Source: a virus | DNA length: 64,000 bases | Reading direction: 5' to 3' (one strand) | IMG/VR virus record: IMGVR_UViG_3300017991_000003 | Location: 64,001 to 128,000 of that record | In this document: in pieces, positions 36,248 to 46,069 of the stretch | How positions within the stretch are numbered: position 1 is the stretch's first letter | How the letters are laid out: the number at the start of each line of letters is the position of its first letter | The notes under the pieces: model-generated | The model's input: the letters and a program-made list of their open reading frames with translations, nothing else | Databases searched by the model: none | What the model was told of the DNA's origin: nothing | Program-made: the position numbers and the translations under genes

Positions 36248-36948
36248 TGGGGAGCATCGACGACGTCCTGTCTGGCACCGGCCCCGACGATACGGATCTG
36301 ACCCAGGGTCCGCAGGTGTCGAGCTCGGATGATTACGAGATCGTGCTTGGGTACGATCCTGCGGATTATCGCCACCTGGGTGCGGCGATGGGGGCGGAGT
36401 ACGACAAGGTCCCTGCCACGCTGGTAGTTCGCGACATCGGAGACGCGGCCACGGCGCAGGAAGGGATCATCGATGCAGCCAGCACAGCGTTGGCTCAAGT
36501 ACTGCCCTTCCCGCTCGGTCTGGTAGCTAATGCTGGGCTCGAGATCGCGCTCTCGCCGATCGTATTCATCACAGACAAGCTGATCCTTACCAGCGCGGTC
36601 GAGCCTCGCAGCGCCCGATCGGCTATGGTGATGAGCTTCAATCAGCCGACGGTCTACACGTCGGGCATGCAGCCCTACATTTTCCGGTACGCGGGTCACG
36701 TGTTGATCAACGAGCTGGATGGGGACGGGCGCAACCAGTTCTACGCTGCCTACCGGGAGTACCTGCGCGCCTCAGCTAGCCTGGTCGGGGCGGAGCGGCA
36801 GACCATGCCGTGGGTCGTAGAGCTCACCTTCCGAGATATGTTCCGCGCCGGGTATGTGGTCGACCTGTCGATGTCGATCAACGCAGCAGAGCCTAGCAAG
36901 GCTGACATCTCGTTCACCCTCTTCGTGATCGATGACCGGTTCTCCTGA
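36247..36948 (+). CDS. hypothetical protein
   Basis: 233 aa; TGATG coupling to upstream gene. Confidence 0.55.
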   Translation: MGSIDDVLSGTGPDDTDLTQGPQVSSSDDYEIVLGYDPADYRHLGAAMGAEYDKVPATLVVRDIGDAATAQEGIIDAASTALAQVLPFPLGLVANAGLEIALSPIVFITDKLILTSAVEPRSARSAMVMSFNQPTVYTSGMQPYIFRYAGHVLINELDGDGRNQFYAAYREYLRASASLVGAERQTMPWVVELTFRDMFRAGYVVDLSMSINAAEPSKADISFTLFVIDDRFS

Positions 36949-37502
36949 TGGCCTTTGAACCTCGAGACACCGAGCTGCGGGAGCGCTTCGGCGAACAGGC
37001 CCAGGAGCTCTACGAGGGCGACCGGGCGGCTGTCCGTGTCTTCCCCCTGGATGCGACAGGGGCTCTGGTTTTGACCAATCCGGTGGCCGAGTTCGATCAG
37101 CTCTTGATCGGACGAGTCGAGGAGCCGGATCGGGAGCGGGTGCAGTACAGCCAGTCGTTTGACGGCAACAAGCTCTACGCCTACGGCAACGATCACCGGG
37201 TCTATGCGATCTCCGCGGCCTTGCTCGATACGGACCTGGGGACGACGATTCAACCCCCATCAGGCAGCGAGGCGAGCGCGTGGGAAGGGCGCGGGCATCG
37301 TGACTGGGTGCAGTTCTTCGAGCAGTACGCTAGTCTGTGGGCATGCGCTCGGGATCGTCTGCTGGTCCAGCTGACCTACGGTCGGCGCCAAGTCTACGGG
37401 GCCTTCCTTGAGTCGACGCCCAACCTCGTGGCCTCAGCGCCGCACCGGCTGGATCTCCTGCTCTCCTTTTACGTGACCCACAGTCAGCCCATCGAGTTCT
37501 GA
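36948..37502 (+). CDS. hypothetical protein
   Basis: 184 aa; TGATG coupling. Confidence 0.55.
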   Translation: MAFEPRDTELRERFGEQAQELYEGDRAAVRVFPLDATGALVLTNPVAEFDQLLIGRVEEPDRERVQYSQSFDGNKLYAYGNDHRVYAISAALLDTDLGTTIQPPSGSEASAWEGRGHRDWVQFFEQYASLWACARDRLLVQLTYGRRQVYGAFLESTPNLVASAPHRLDLLLSFYVTHSQPIEF

Positions 37503-40500
37503 TGACTGCCGAGACCCGAGCCGGCCTCCTAGCATCCCAGTGGAAGATCTTTCTGGATGGCGTGGAGGTTCCGCACCATGGGTTCAGCATGGTCATGTCT
37601 CAGGATCAGGTCAGCGAGGTGATGCTGAGCCTGGAGCCGGACAAGATCCTGCTCGAGCTTCGGCCGCAGACGATGGTGCACATCTTCGCCAAAGATCGAT
37701 TCCCTGACCCGGCTCCTGGGCAGGAGGATGAGGAAGGTGGTGTGCAGTTTGCCAAGACCTATACCTCGGACGAGGACGAGCTCAAGGACACGTGGCACCT
37801 GTTCTGGGAGGGCGTGGCCGCTGGGCGCACCCACCAGAAATCCAAGGGCAATAGGTCCATCCAGGTTCGAGCACGAGCCTTGGTAGAGAGCCTAGAGCGC
37901 ACCCCGGCCTTCATGATGGGTATGGGAGGGATCGAGTACAGCTCTATTGCTTCCGGCAGCCGACTGCCTGCGACTGTGGCGGGTGTGATCGAGGGCGGCG
38001 GGCCTTCGTCGGTAGACACGCTCAGCCTGTTCACGCTGGCGGATCTCTTCACTAACGACGGGGAGACCGGTTCCGATGTTCCTGGCCGTGATAGCGCTAC
38101 TCCGCGGTTCGCTGAGCGCTTGATCCGCTTGATCACCTACCTCAGTAGTTACAACGGGGTGCTACGTCAGCACGTGGTCCGTGGCCGGCTCCTGAACAAG
38201 ATCGCGTCTATCCCGGATAGCATCCTCGAAGGGATCCTCGAACGATCTGTGGGCCTGAGCCTGCTGGGCGACATGCAGAACCGAATCACGTCGCGCAGCT
38301 CGGTGCTCGACATCATTCGGCAGGTGATGTCCTATGGGTTCTATCACCTGGTCCAGGTCCCTATGCCTTACCGGCCGAGTAAGCAGCCGGAGATGGGATC
38401 GATGATCCCTACTCTGACCGGGAAGCAGGATGAGGAGCAGGCTACCGCCCACCAGATTCCCTACGAGTACTACCGGAACGACTACGTGTTCGTGCCGGAG
38501 ACGTACTACGCGCTGCCGCCTCCGTGCAACTTCGTGTTCCCGGATGAGATGGCAGACCTGTCCATCGGGCGGGAGTTCCAGTCGGAGCCGACGCGGCACC
38601 TGGTACAGGACCCGCACCTAGCCTCCTTCGTTGGTAACTTCTTCTACTGGCTGGCTCCTGAGGACATCATCCGCAAGGCGCGGGAGGGTGCTGGTGATGA
38701 CGTGACCTCGGCGAACCTCTTCGCCATGGCGTCCACGTTTGGCCGCTCGATCAACGTGAGCGGGGCCACGTCACCGTACGCATACCCGGACTCCGCCGAC
38801 TTGGAGAGCGGGTCGGTGCGTAGCCTCCTTGGCGCTGTATCGGACCTAGAGCTGGAGAAGGGTATTGTCCCGAGCTTCGGGCAGAACCGGTTCGAAGCCT
38901 TGGCAGCCGCGGCGTACCTGAGCCGCACAATCCCACGCACGGAGGACCAGGCCACGGCCCAGTCGATCGAAGACTTTGCTAACCCGGAAAATGCTGCGTA
39001 CGCCGACCTGATGGCGGCGGTGGCTAACTACCAGCTTCAGCTGATGCGCTACCGGCGCCAGGGCCAGGTCTCGATGCTTGGGCACCGGTGGATCATCCCC
39101 GGGCTTCCAACCATCATCTTCGACTCGGACATCTCGTACTTTGGTCAGGTCGTGTCGACCACCTTCGTGGTCAACTCTGATGGCCAGGAGTCGACGACTC
39201 TTCAGCTGGATCGTACTCGGCCTGTTCCGAAGATGGAGATCGAGGAGATCCGAGCCGCGCTCGAGGGCCTCTCCACGAAGCTCCAAGAGCTGCAAACCCA
39301 GAAGAGCAAGGTTGCGGACCAGGCGCTGGGGCAGACGATCTCCTCGGCGCTCTCAGGCCCCCTCGCGTCTCAGACTACGCAGTACGGCGGGCTGGGCGCC
39401 AAGATCGAGCAGACTCAGTCCGCGCTCCAGAACTGGAACACGTACATCGGTGGAGATACCGTCGACCTGGTTACGACGACGGGCGCTCCGATCCAGGAGA
39501 CTCTGACGATTGAGGGCACGCAGTTCGATGGGACCGGCTTGACGACCTACTTCCAGGACCTATCGACGGAGGCTGCGGAGATTCAAGCAGGCCTGGATGA
39601 GCTTCTGGTCGATGGGGCGGCTGTCGCAAAGGCTCTCAATACTGGGGAGATCGCTGTTGGCGGATCTGCTTTCTCCACGACCCTGACCAAAGGTGACCAG
39701 ACCATCTACGCGGCGGGCAATGTCAGTCCAGCGTACTTGGCATACCTGTTCCTCGACGTCCCGGTCCTGGTTGATACGACTGGGCAGATCACAGCAGCCA
39801 AGGCGGCGTTGGGTGACGGCTTCTCGGTGTCGGGACTCAAGAGCGCGCTAGGCTCCATTGTCAACGGCGGCGCCTCCAGCGACGTGTTTACAGGTGGCGA
39901 GGCCCCGAACACCGTGGCCGGTGCCCTCGCGGTCCTGACCGTGGCGGCGACGTACTACGAGCTGGCCACGGCGGCGATTGTCGAGTGGCTTACGATTCAG
40001 AAGGACATCGCAGATTCTGGCGAGAACTTGGACTTCCTCGATCTCCCGCCCTCGACCCAGGCTGCGGCTGATCAATCCTACAAAGACCAGTACCAGACGA
40101 TCGTCGACACACTGACGAATGAGATCATCGAGGACGGCCAGAAGGTCCTTGAGGACTTCGATACCCGCTTGGACTGGCCGGCGCCCCCGGCCTTCTTCTC
40201 TGAGGACTTGATTGCCACGGAGAAGTTGGATGACCTGTACCAGACCTCTTTCGGATGTAAGCCGTTCTACACCGGCCCGTACACGGCGACAGCAACGAAC
40301 GAGACTGTAGCGGCCATCCGAGCATCCTTGACTGAGTTGGATCTTGGGGAGCTTGAGACTGAGTCGGGCCTGAGTATGCAGGATCGACTGGAGTACTACC
40401 TCGAGTATCTGTCCGGGGTCTCGGCGTTGAACAACGTCTACCCCATCCTGGAAGGGCAGGAGGAGCTGACGGACGACGTGGCCCCGCCGCCTAGCTGGCA

Positions 40501-40981
40501 TGACGTGGCGGCAGCTGGTGGTGGGCAGGCCACGCCTTTCGAGTGGGCGCATCGGACGTTCCTCAAACGAGAGGCCACGAGCTTGGGGCAGTTCCTCGAG
40601 GATCACAAGCTCGAGCTCGTGACGCAGTTTGCCGACCGACCCACCACCAAGGAGTTCTATCAGATGCGTCCGGTCTCAGGATCGCAGACGACAACCGGAG
40701 CTGGGCTGGTATTCGACGATAGCCTCTTCAGTAAGCTGGTGGATGAGAAGAAGATGACCAACCCTGCATCCACTGTGGTTAGTGATGTTCTTGAGCAGGT
40801 TCTTCCTGGACCCTTCAACGCGGTGGCCGCCTCCGCGGTAGACGCGGCTTCAAGCGATCCATTGATCCAGGAGGCTCGAGAGCAGGCCACCAACAAGTAC
40901 CTGACCACTCAAGCACGGCAGGAGTTGATCCTGTCCTATGCCCGCAAGCACTTCGGCGACCGAGGTTTCGATGGCACGTGA
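37502..40981 (+). CDS. very large hypothetical protein (possible virion structural protein)
   Basis: 1159 aa uninterrupted ORF; TGATG coupling; no catalytic motif recognised. Confidence 0.65.
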   Translation: MTAETRAGLLASQWKIFLDGVEVPHHGFSMVMSQDQVSEVMLSLEPDKILLELRPQTMVHIFAKDRFPDPAPGQEDEEGGVQFAKTYTSDEDELKDTWHLFWEGVAAGRTHQKSKGNRSIQVRARALVESLERTPAFMMGMGGIEYSSIASGSRLPATVAGVIEGGGPSSVDTLSLFTLADLFTNDGETGSDVPGRDSATPRFAERLIRLITYLSSYNGVLRQHVVRGRLLNKIASIPDSILEGILERSVGLSLLGDMQNRITSRSSVLDIIRQVMSYGFYHLVQVPMPYRPSKQPEMGSMIPTLTGKQDEEQATAHQIPYEYYRNDYVFVPETYYALPPPCNFVFPDEMADLSIGREFQSEPTRHLVQDPHLASFVGNFFYWLAPEDIIRKAREGAGDDVTSANLFAMASTFGRSINVSGATSPYAYPDSADLESGSVRSLLGAVSDLELEKGIVPSFGQNRFEALAAAAYLSRTIPRTEDQATAQSIEDFANPENAAYADLMAAVANYQLQLMRYRRQGQVSMLGHRWIIPGLPTIIFDSDISYFGQVVSTTFVVNSDGQESTTLQLDRTRPVPKMEIEEIRAALEGLSTKLQELQTQKSKVADQALGQTISSALSGPLASQTTQYGGLGAKIEQTQSALQNWNTYIGGDTVDLVTTTGAPIQETLTIEGTQFDGTGLTTYFQDLSTEAAEIQAGLDELLVDGAAVAKALNTGEIAVGGSAFSTTLTKGDQTIYAAGNVSPAYLAYLFLDVPVLVDTTGQITAAKAALGDGFSVSGLKSALGSIVNGGASSDVFTGGEAPNTVAGALAVLTVAATYYELATAAIVEWLTIQKDIADSGENLDFLDLPPSTQAAADQSYKDQYQTIVDTLTNEIIEDGQKVLEDFDTRLDWPAPPAFFSEDLIATEKLDDLYQTSFGCKPFYTGPYTATATNETVAAIRASLTELDLGELETESGLSMQDRLEYYLEYLSGVSALNNVYPILEGQEELTDDVAPPPSWHDVAAAGGGQATPFEWAHRTFLKREATSLGQFLEDHKLELVTQFADRPTTKEFYQMRPVSGSQTTTGAGLVFDDSLFSKLVDEKKMTNPASTVVSDVLEQVLPGPFNAVAASAVDAASSDPLIQEAREQATNKYLTTQARQELILSYARKHFGDRGFDGT

Positions 40982-41711
40982 TACGACTGATCGGCCGAGT
41001 AAGGCCATCCGAGACGCCCGGAAGGATACCGATCTAGGTCTGGTAGAGCGGGCGCAGAAGGGCGACAAGGAGGCGCTGAACCGGCTGATCCGTAGCCACA
41101 TGGATCTGATCCAGATGAAGGCCCGCGGGTTCCGTAACGCCCCCATCCCAATCGCGGCGATCGAGGGTGAGGGTATGCGGCTTCTGGCTTTGGCGGTTAC
41201 CAAGTTCGACCCGTCCCAGGGTGTGGCCTTCCGCACGTTCCTCGACAACTACCTGCGCGGGCTCTACCGCTACGTCAACAGCAACAAGCGCGTGGACCGG
41301 GCGCCGGAGCACAGGCACCTGCGCTTCCACCGGTACGAGGCGGTCAAGGGCCTCCTGCGGGTGGAGCATAGTCGAGAGCCCACGGTGGCCGAGCTCTCCG
41401 ATGCGTTGGGCTGGAGCCCTACGGATGTGAAGCAGATGGACCGGATGATGTCCCAGCGTAGCCTGGCGGGCAGCGGCCTCGAGAACGTCAAGGCACTGGA
41501 CCAAGCGCACAGCCGGTACCAGGAGTCGGTTGAGCTGGCGTACGCGGGGTGGACCAAGCAGCAGCAGGCTGTCTACGATCTCAGCATGGGCGCGCACGGT
41601 AAGCAGCGCCTATCATCTGTGCCGGCCATCGCCCGCACCCTTGGGATCACGGCCGACAAGGTCTACAAGATCAAGCGGGAGCTGGCCCAGGAGCTTGGTA
41701 GTTCCCTATGA
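40971..41711 (+). CDS. sigma-70-family RNA polymerase sigma factor
   Basis: ATG 40971 (MARDTTDR...) overlaps end of upstream gene; region 2-like (LVERAQKGDKEALNRLIRSHMDLIQ) and C-terminal region 4 HTH-like (SVPAIARTLGITADKVYKIKRELAQEL). Confidence 0.7.
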   Translation: MARDTTDRPSKAIRDARKDTDLGLVERAQKGDKEALNRLIRSHMDLIQMKARGFRNAPIPIAAIEGEGMRLLALAVTKFDPSQGVAFRTFLDNYLRGLYRYVNSNKRVDRAPEHRHLRFHRYEAVKGLLRVEHSREPTVAELSDALGWSPTDVKQMDRMMSQRSLAGSGLENVKALDQAHSRYQESVELAYAGWTKQQQAVYDLSMGAHGKQRLSSVPAIARTLGITADKVYKIKRELAQELGSSL

Positions 41712-42019
41712 GGATTCAGGACACACCAGAGAGTCTGCGCTTCAGTCACGTCCGCCGGCGGCCTCGATCCGAGTGGCCGAACAACTGGCTCAAGGGCGGG
41801 TCGGAGCCCGGCGACATCATGCTGCTCGAGGGAGACTGGGGGAAGATCGGCGGCATCCTCTGCTTGACCAAGACAGGGCGCTACATGGCGTTGACCGTGG
41901 CCCAGGTCTTCGAAGGCGCTGAGATCGAGTGGCCTGAGCCGGGGGCTGCCTTCTCGATTCACCTCATCGGCGACGCCGTCCAGCTAAAAGTAAAAGAAGA
42001 GCCCGAAGGCCCTTCCTGA
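41708..42019 (+). CDS. hypothetical protein
   Basis: 103 aa; 4-nt overlap with sigma factor gene. Confidence 0.45.
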   Translation: MRIQDTPESLRFSHVRRRPRSEWPNNWLKGGSEPGDIMLLEGDWGKIGGILCLTKTGRYMALTVAQVFEGAEIEWPEPGAAFSIHLIGDAVQLKVKEEPEGPS

Positions 42020-42033
42020 GCCCCGAGAGGCTC

Positions 42034-42252
42034 TCACAGGTCGCGGACGGTGAACCCGTACTGCTGGAACGTGGACCAAGTGTACGGGCTTGCCGTGCGT
42101 TCGGCCCAGTGCTTGGAGCAGTAGTAGGTCGTCTCGGTCCGGGTCAGTGCCTTAGTGGCCGGGGCATCGCACCGACCGCAGGGGATGCTGGCCCCGCCGC
42201 AGCTGGTGGCGACTAGCACGAGGAGCGCGAGCGTGGTGAGGAATCGTCGCAT
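42034..42252 (-). CDS. small putative lipoprotein
   Basis: Track ORF trimmed to ATG 42252 (MRRFLTTLALLVLVATSCGG...); signal peptide with lipobox-like VATSC. Confidence 0.4.
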   Translation of the reverse strand: MRRFLTTLALLVLVATSCGGASIPCGRCDAPATKALTRTETTYYCSKHWAERTASPYTWSTFQQYGFTVRDL

Positions 42253-42337
42253 GACTATGTCGGGTGAGGGTGGTGGTTGGGGTATACACTCCCCAGTCAC
42301 CATACTCATGCCCGACAGGCTCGCCGCTCTTGCTGGT

Positions 42338-42847
42338 TTAGGTGTCGAGCGTGCGAAGCGCCTCCCACTGCTCTTCCCACTTCTCAGCGTCGAAGATGCG
42401 GCGGTACTGCTCCACGGCTTCCGCCTCAGGAAGCGTTGGCATGACCGAAGTCTTGAACCAGTCCTCGATGCGCTGGAACAGCGGCCAGATGGAGCCGGTC
42501 CTTGGGTACACGTGAGCGCAGATCCGAGAACGCCTAGCAATCGTCTTTCGGGTCAGACGGGTGACTTCGAAGAAGGTCCAGTCTGAGGGGATCTGCCCAT
42601 CGTAGAGCAGTGGTGTCCCTGTCGGCCCGGTAGGGTGGAACCGCCACCCATCGCCGACCGGCGGCGCACCTAGCTCAGCTACATCGCCCCATGTTGCGAA
42701 CCCACGCAGGGGGTTCACGGTGAGGATGTCATCACGGACGCGGACATCCGGCCGCAGATCGAAGTGCACAGGGGTTAGTCCATCCATCAGGTGCATGATG
42801 ACTGGGCGCCAGATGTAGTCACCTACGCTGGTCTTGGGGAGGCTCAT
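42338..42847 (-). CDS. hypothetical protein
   Basis: 169-aa ORF. Confidence 0.45.
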   Translation of the reverse strand: MSLPKTSVGDYIWRPVIMHLMDGLTPVHFDLRPDVRVRDDILTVNPLRGFATWGDVAELGAPPVGDGWRFHPTGPTGTPLLYDGQIPSDWTFFEVTRLTRKTIARRSRICAHVYPRTGSIWPLFQRIEDWFKTSVMPTLPEAEAVEQYRRIFDAEKWEEQWEALRTLDT

Positions 42848-43401
42848 CAGAGGAAGTCGTCAAGGGCGTCAAGGGGATCGGTCGGCTTCGGTTTCTTTTT
42901 GCGGCGAGGAGCTCGCTTGGAGAGTGCCTCTCGAACCTGAGCCAGCGTGGCATCTCGAACGGCCACGTCAAAGGATAGCGGGTCTTTCCCAGCAGCCCGA
43001 TCGGCCGCAGCCTCCATACGAAGGTTTAGGTTGACCCATGCAGTCTCAGGTGTCGAGATAGTCTTGGTGCGCGGGAGGCGCCCAGCTGCTACGACAGGGA
43101 TTCGCGGTATCCCTTTGTAGATCCAGTACTTAGAGTAGAAGTGTCGGCCGACTGCGAGTTTGGCTCCCTGCTTCTGTACGTAGGCGCGTAGGCGCGCCCG
43201 CTGCTGTGCTGTGAGCGCGCTGAATCCTGCGACCAGGCTGCGCACGATCCATACGGCCGGCTCCTTGGTCGGGTGGCAGGCTCGATAGAAGCAAGGGGAG
43301 CAGGTGGGTTTGGCTCCCGGTCCGCCGAGATGCCCAGCAGCGGTGCAGCGTACCAGGTCCTCTTTGGCGGTAGGCCTGCCGCAGCGGCTGCACTTACTCA
43401 T
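42847..43401 (-). CDS. hypothetical zinc-ribbon protein
   Basis: 184 aa; N-terminal CSRCG...C...CSPC cluster, basic C-terminus. Confidence 0.5.
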   Translation of the reverse strand: MSKCSRCGRPTAKEDLVRCTAAGHLGGPGAKPTCSPCFYRACHPTKEPAVWIVRSLVAGFSALTAQQRARLRAYVQKQGAKLAVGRHFYSKYWIYKGIPRIPVVAAGRLPRTKTISTPETAWVNLNLRMEAAADRAAGKDPLSFDVAVRDATLAQVREALSKRAPRRKKKPKPTDPLDALDDFL

Positions 43402-43798
43402 TGGGCGAGATCAGGTCGAGCGGCTCCTCGGTGATTCCGGCCATTTCGAGGATCTGAATCGGGGTCAGCGCCTCGGTCGGGTCGTCGCTCCAGGTCATAC
43501 CGCCCGTGAGGAGGTAGACGCGCTTGTCGATGAGCAGCGTCCCCACGTCTCGGCGGTTGCTGTTCAGCACGTCGATCGCGCCCTTGATCGTTTCACTCAT
43601 CTCATCCAGGCGATCGTCCTCTGCATCGTCCTCGCCCCAGATGATGCTGCACATATCCAGCAGCCGGTCACGGGTCAGCGTCTCCGCCCTCTTCTCGAGC
43701 TCTTCGACGCCGTCAGGGTGGTCGGTGATGCAGTAGATCGTCTTACCGTCGTTGAAGGTCGGTAGCTGTGTGATGGCGAAGTTGAAGAATGCACCCAT
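43394..43798 (-). CDS. hypothetical protein
   Basis: 134-aa acidic ORF. Confidence 0.5.
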   Translation of the reverse strand: MGAFFNFAITQLPTFNDGKTIYCITDHPDGVEELEKRAETLTRDRLLDMCSIIWGEDDAEDDRLDEMSETIKGAIDVLNSNRRDVGTLLIDKRVYLLTGGMTWSDDPTEALTPIQILEMAGITEEPLDLISPNE

Positions 43799-43862
43799 AA
43801 GAGAAAGAGGTGGGGGAGGTGCCCCGACCGGTGAGGGTCGGGGCAGGATGGTGGTTGGTCGA

Positions 43863-44348
43863 TCAGTGCGTGTTGCCGGGGGCGGCCCAACCCGCGTGGG
43901 CGGGCACGGGATCGGCCGGCGGGTCCTCGACGGTGGTGGCCTCCGCGGGGAGCTCCGGCGGGTCCTCGTCGACCTCGGGGTGCTCGGCCGCCACGATCTC
44001 GTGGGCCGGCAGCACCTCGGTCGAGGCCGCGTGGACGAGGAAGACGTGACCGGCGGCGTTCGCGTTCTCCTCGGGGTAGAAGAGGTCCGTCCGCTCGACC
44101 ATCGCCAAGGCGAGGGCCTTGGGGACGATGAACACGGTGTCGTCCTCCCGCTCGTCGGGCATGTTGGCGACCTGGATCTGGACCTTCTTGATGTTCAGGT
44201 CCTGCGCGGGGTCGCCGGCCTCCTCGGGCATGTCGGCGAGGATGGGGTTGATCTCGACGGGGTCGATGTCGGCGGGGCGCTCGAGCATCAGGGTCCCCAA
44301 GGTGGTGAGGACGCGGACGGGGGCGGGAAGCAGGTTGATGATGCGCAT
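43863..44348 (-). CDS. hypothetical protein
   Basis: Track ORF trimmed to ATG 44348 (MRIINLLPAP...). Confidence 0.45.
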   Translation of the reverse strand: MRIINLLPAPVRVLTTLGTLMLERPADIDPVEINPILADMPEEAGDPAQDLNIKKVQIQVANMPDEREDDTVFIVPKALALAMVERTDLFYPEENANAAGHVFLVHAASTEVLPAHEIVAAEHPEVDEDPPELPAEATTVEDPPADPVPAHAGWAAPGNTH

Positions 44349-44463
44349 GGTGGTTGTGGGTGGTTGAGGCTCCTGTGAGCCAAATCGGGGTTCAGGGGAC
44401 TCATGACTGATTTCACCAGGAATGTAGGAGAGGCTTGCAGGCCGGGCCCACTTCGGCCTATGC

Positions 44464-44487
44464 TTGACATGTCGCCACTGTGACGAC
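44464..44487 (+). promoter_or_regulatory. TTGACA -35-like hexamer followed by an imperfect 17-bp palindrome (possible promoter/operator)
   Basis: TTGACA at 44464-44469; gtcgccactgtgacgac 14/17 palindromic; no clear -10 hexamer found. Confidence 0.25.
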
Positions 44488-44528
44488 ACTTCTGGGCCGC
44501 GGCCCACAACCCAAGAAAGAGCAAGCAC

Positions 44529-44846
44529 ATGCCGCCTGAACTAGATATCAAGTGGGACCAGGTCCGTGACAGCCTGGCTCTCCAACTGAAGGACGAGGCC
44601 CACGCGCTTCTGGAGTCCACTGATGGGGACCTCGGAGGCTGGGCCGCCCAGATCGCTGCTGACATCGTGGAGGCCGCCTCCCTGGGGCGTGACGATCTCC
44701 TCGAGCACCTCAAGTCTCAGATGCGTACCCTAGCTGGCTCTAAGCGGGTCGAGATCCGTGAGGCCGGCTGGCGCACCCTGGACGCGGCCGTGGGAGCGGC
44801 GGTCAACGTCATGTCCACCATGGTCCGAGCCGCGGTGGTGGCCTGA
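44529..44846 (+). CDS. hypothetical protein
   Basis: 105-aa ORF, first gene after the divergent region. Confidence 0.5.
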   Translation: MPPELDIKWDQVRDSLALQLKDEAHALLESTDGDLGGWAAQIAADIVEAASLGRDDLLEHLKSQMRTLAGSKRVEIREAGWRTLDAAVGAAVNVMSTMVRAAVVA

Positions 44847-45283
44847 TGAGTCGCCTCAAGACGCTTCTGACGGGCGCGGCTCTGCTAGTGGTTGCCGCCA
44901 GCTGCATCACTCCGCGCGCTACCGTCATCCTGGATGACGTGGAGGACTCCTCGATGCTAGTCATCGATGAGCACGATGCTTACGTCGCCCGTACAGATGG
45001 TGAGGGCTCCTGGGCTAGCATCGACGAGGCTGAGGCTGAGGCTATGCTCTCGCAGTCCGCGCTGTTCGCCGAGCTGTTCGCGGATGCCGACGGGACGGGC
45101 TACGTCCAGGTCTCGGTGTTCGAGGGCTTCGCTGACCCGGTGTTCGACCGCTACGTGGGCTGGGTCTCTGAGGAGTTCCCGTACGACCCCGCCGTCGACC
45201 CGATCGAGCCGCTCGACCGTCGAGTTAGGCTTCGAAGCGTCGCGCTGGTCCGTGATTACATCGAGCGGGTCAAAGGCGAATAG
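44846..45283 (+). CDS. putative lipoprotein
   Basis: Signal peptide MSRLKTLLTGAALLVVAASC with lipobox-like AASC; TGATG coupling. Confidence 0.5.
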   Translation: MSRLKTLLTGAALLVVAASCITPRATVILDDVEDSSMLVIDEHDAYVARTDGEGSWASIDEAEAEAMLSQSALFAELFADADGTGYVQVSVFEGFADPVFDRYVGWVSEEFPYDPAVDPIEPLDRRVRLRSVALVRDYIERVKGE

Positions 45284-45374
45284 CTCCGTCCGTCGAACCG
45301 GCCGAAGGCCCTGGAGTGCGATTTCCTCGTACTCCGGGGCCTTGCTCTATACTTGGGGGTGTGGAGGTAACCCC

Positions 45375-45641
45375 ATGACACCCGGTACGAAGAGCAGCGA
45401 GTACTCACTGACCAAAAATGCAGGCGCCGCGGGAGCGGCCGGTCTGTTGATCGCCTTGTTGACGGCGCTGCTCCAGGACGGCGGGATCCAGGATCTCGAG
45501 CTGACCTGGCCTGTGGCCGTGATCCTGGCTACCAGCATCGTAAGCCTGGCTGCCGTGGTCGTCAGCTATAACGTGTCCCGCGGCCTGGCTAAGAGCGAGG
45601 CGAGGGTCCCTGAGGATTACAAGAAGCCTGAGGGCTCGTGA
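45375..45641 (+). CDS. small membrane protein (two predicted TM helices; holin-like)
   Basis: ATG 45375 preceded by GGAGGT SD; hydrophobic segments AGAAGLLIALLTALL and WPVAVILATSIVSLAAVVV. Confidence 0.5.
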   Translation: MTPGTKSSEYSLTKNAGAAGAAGLLIALLTALLQDGGIQDLELTWPVAVILATSIVSLAAVVVSYNVSRGLAKSEARVPEDYKKPEGS

Positions 45642-46069
45642 CCGGCCGCCTGATCCTCCTGCTCACGCTCGTCAGCTGTGCGGTGTTTCAGCCGGACGAG
45701 CTGTCGATGACCTATGAGCGCGGCTTCGGCCACTATGATGCCGACCCCTGGGAGGCGCCGATCTCGGAGGATCAACACACGATCGGGTTCGGTTTGACGT
45801 GGTACATCGGTACCACAATGCCACCGGCTAGGGCTGCTGTTCTTCAGCCAGGCCTGCTCGAGGATGACGAGCCCCCTAAACCGGCCCCACCCCAGCCGCC
45901 CGCCAGTGTGGCACCGGCTACCAGTGCCACAGAGCCGTACAGCCCGGCCATGGATCGGGCCCTGATCTACCAGATCACCACGCTGCTCGGTGCGTTCGTG
46001 GTGGCTTACCAGAACCGTCAGCGCCTCCCAGGCGTGAAGAAGGCCTCGGACGAGGGGAGCGCTGAATGA
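45638..46069 (+). CDS. putative lipoprotein
   Basis: Signal peptide MTGRLILLLTLVSCAV (lipobox-like LVSC); Pro-rich linker; hydrophobic C-terminal segment. Confidence 0.5.
   Translation: MTGRLILLLTLVSCAVFQPDELSMTYERGFGHYDADPWEAPISEDQHTIGFGLTWYIGTTMPPARAAVLQPGLLEDDEPPKPAPPQPPASVAPATSATEPYSPAMDRALIYQITTLLGAFVVAYQNRQRLPGVKKASDEGSAE

Noticed and set aside
34193-40981. Assigning portal, major capsid, terminase or tape-measure roles to the large plus-strand ORFs
   Set aside because: No Walker A/B terminase motifs or other diagnostic signatures found; naming would be guesswork without profile searches
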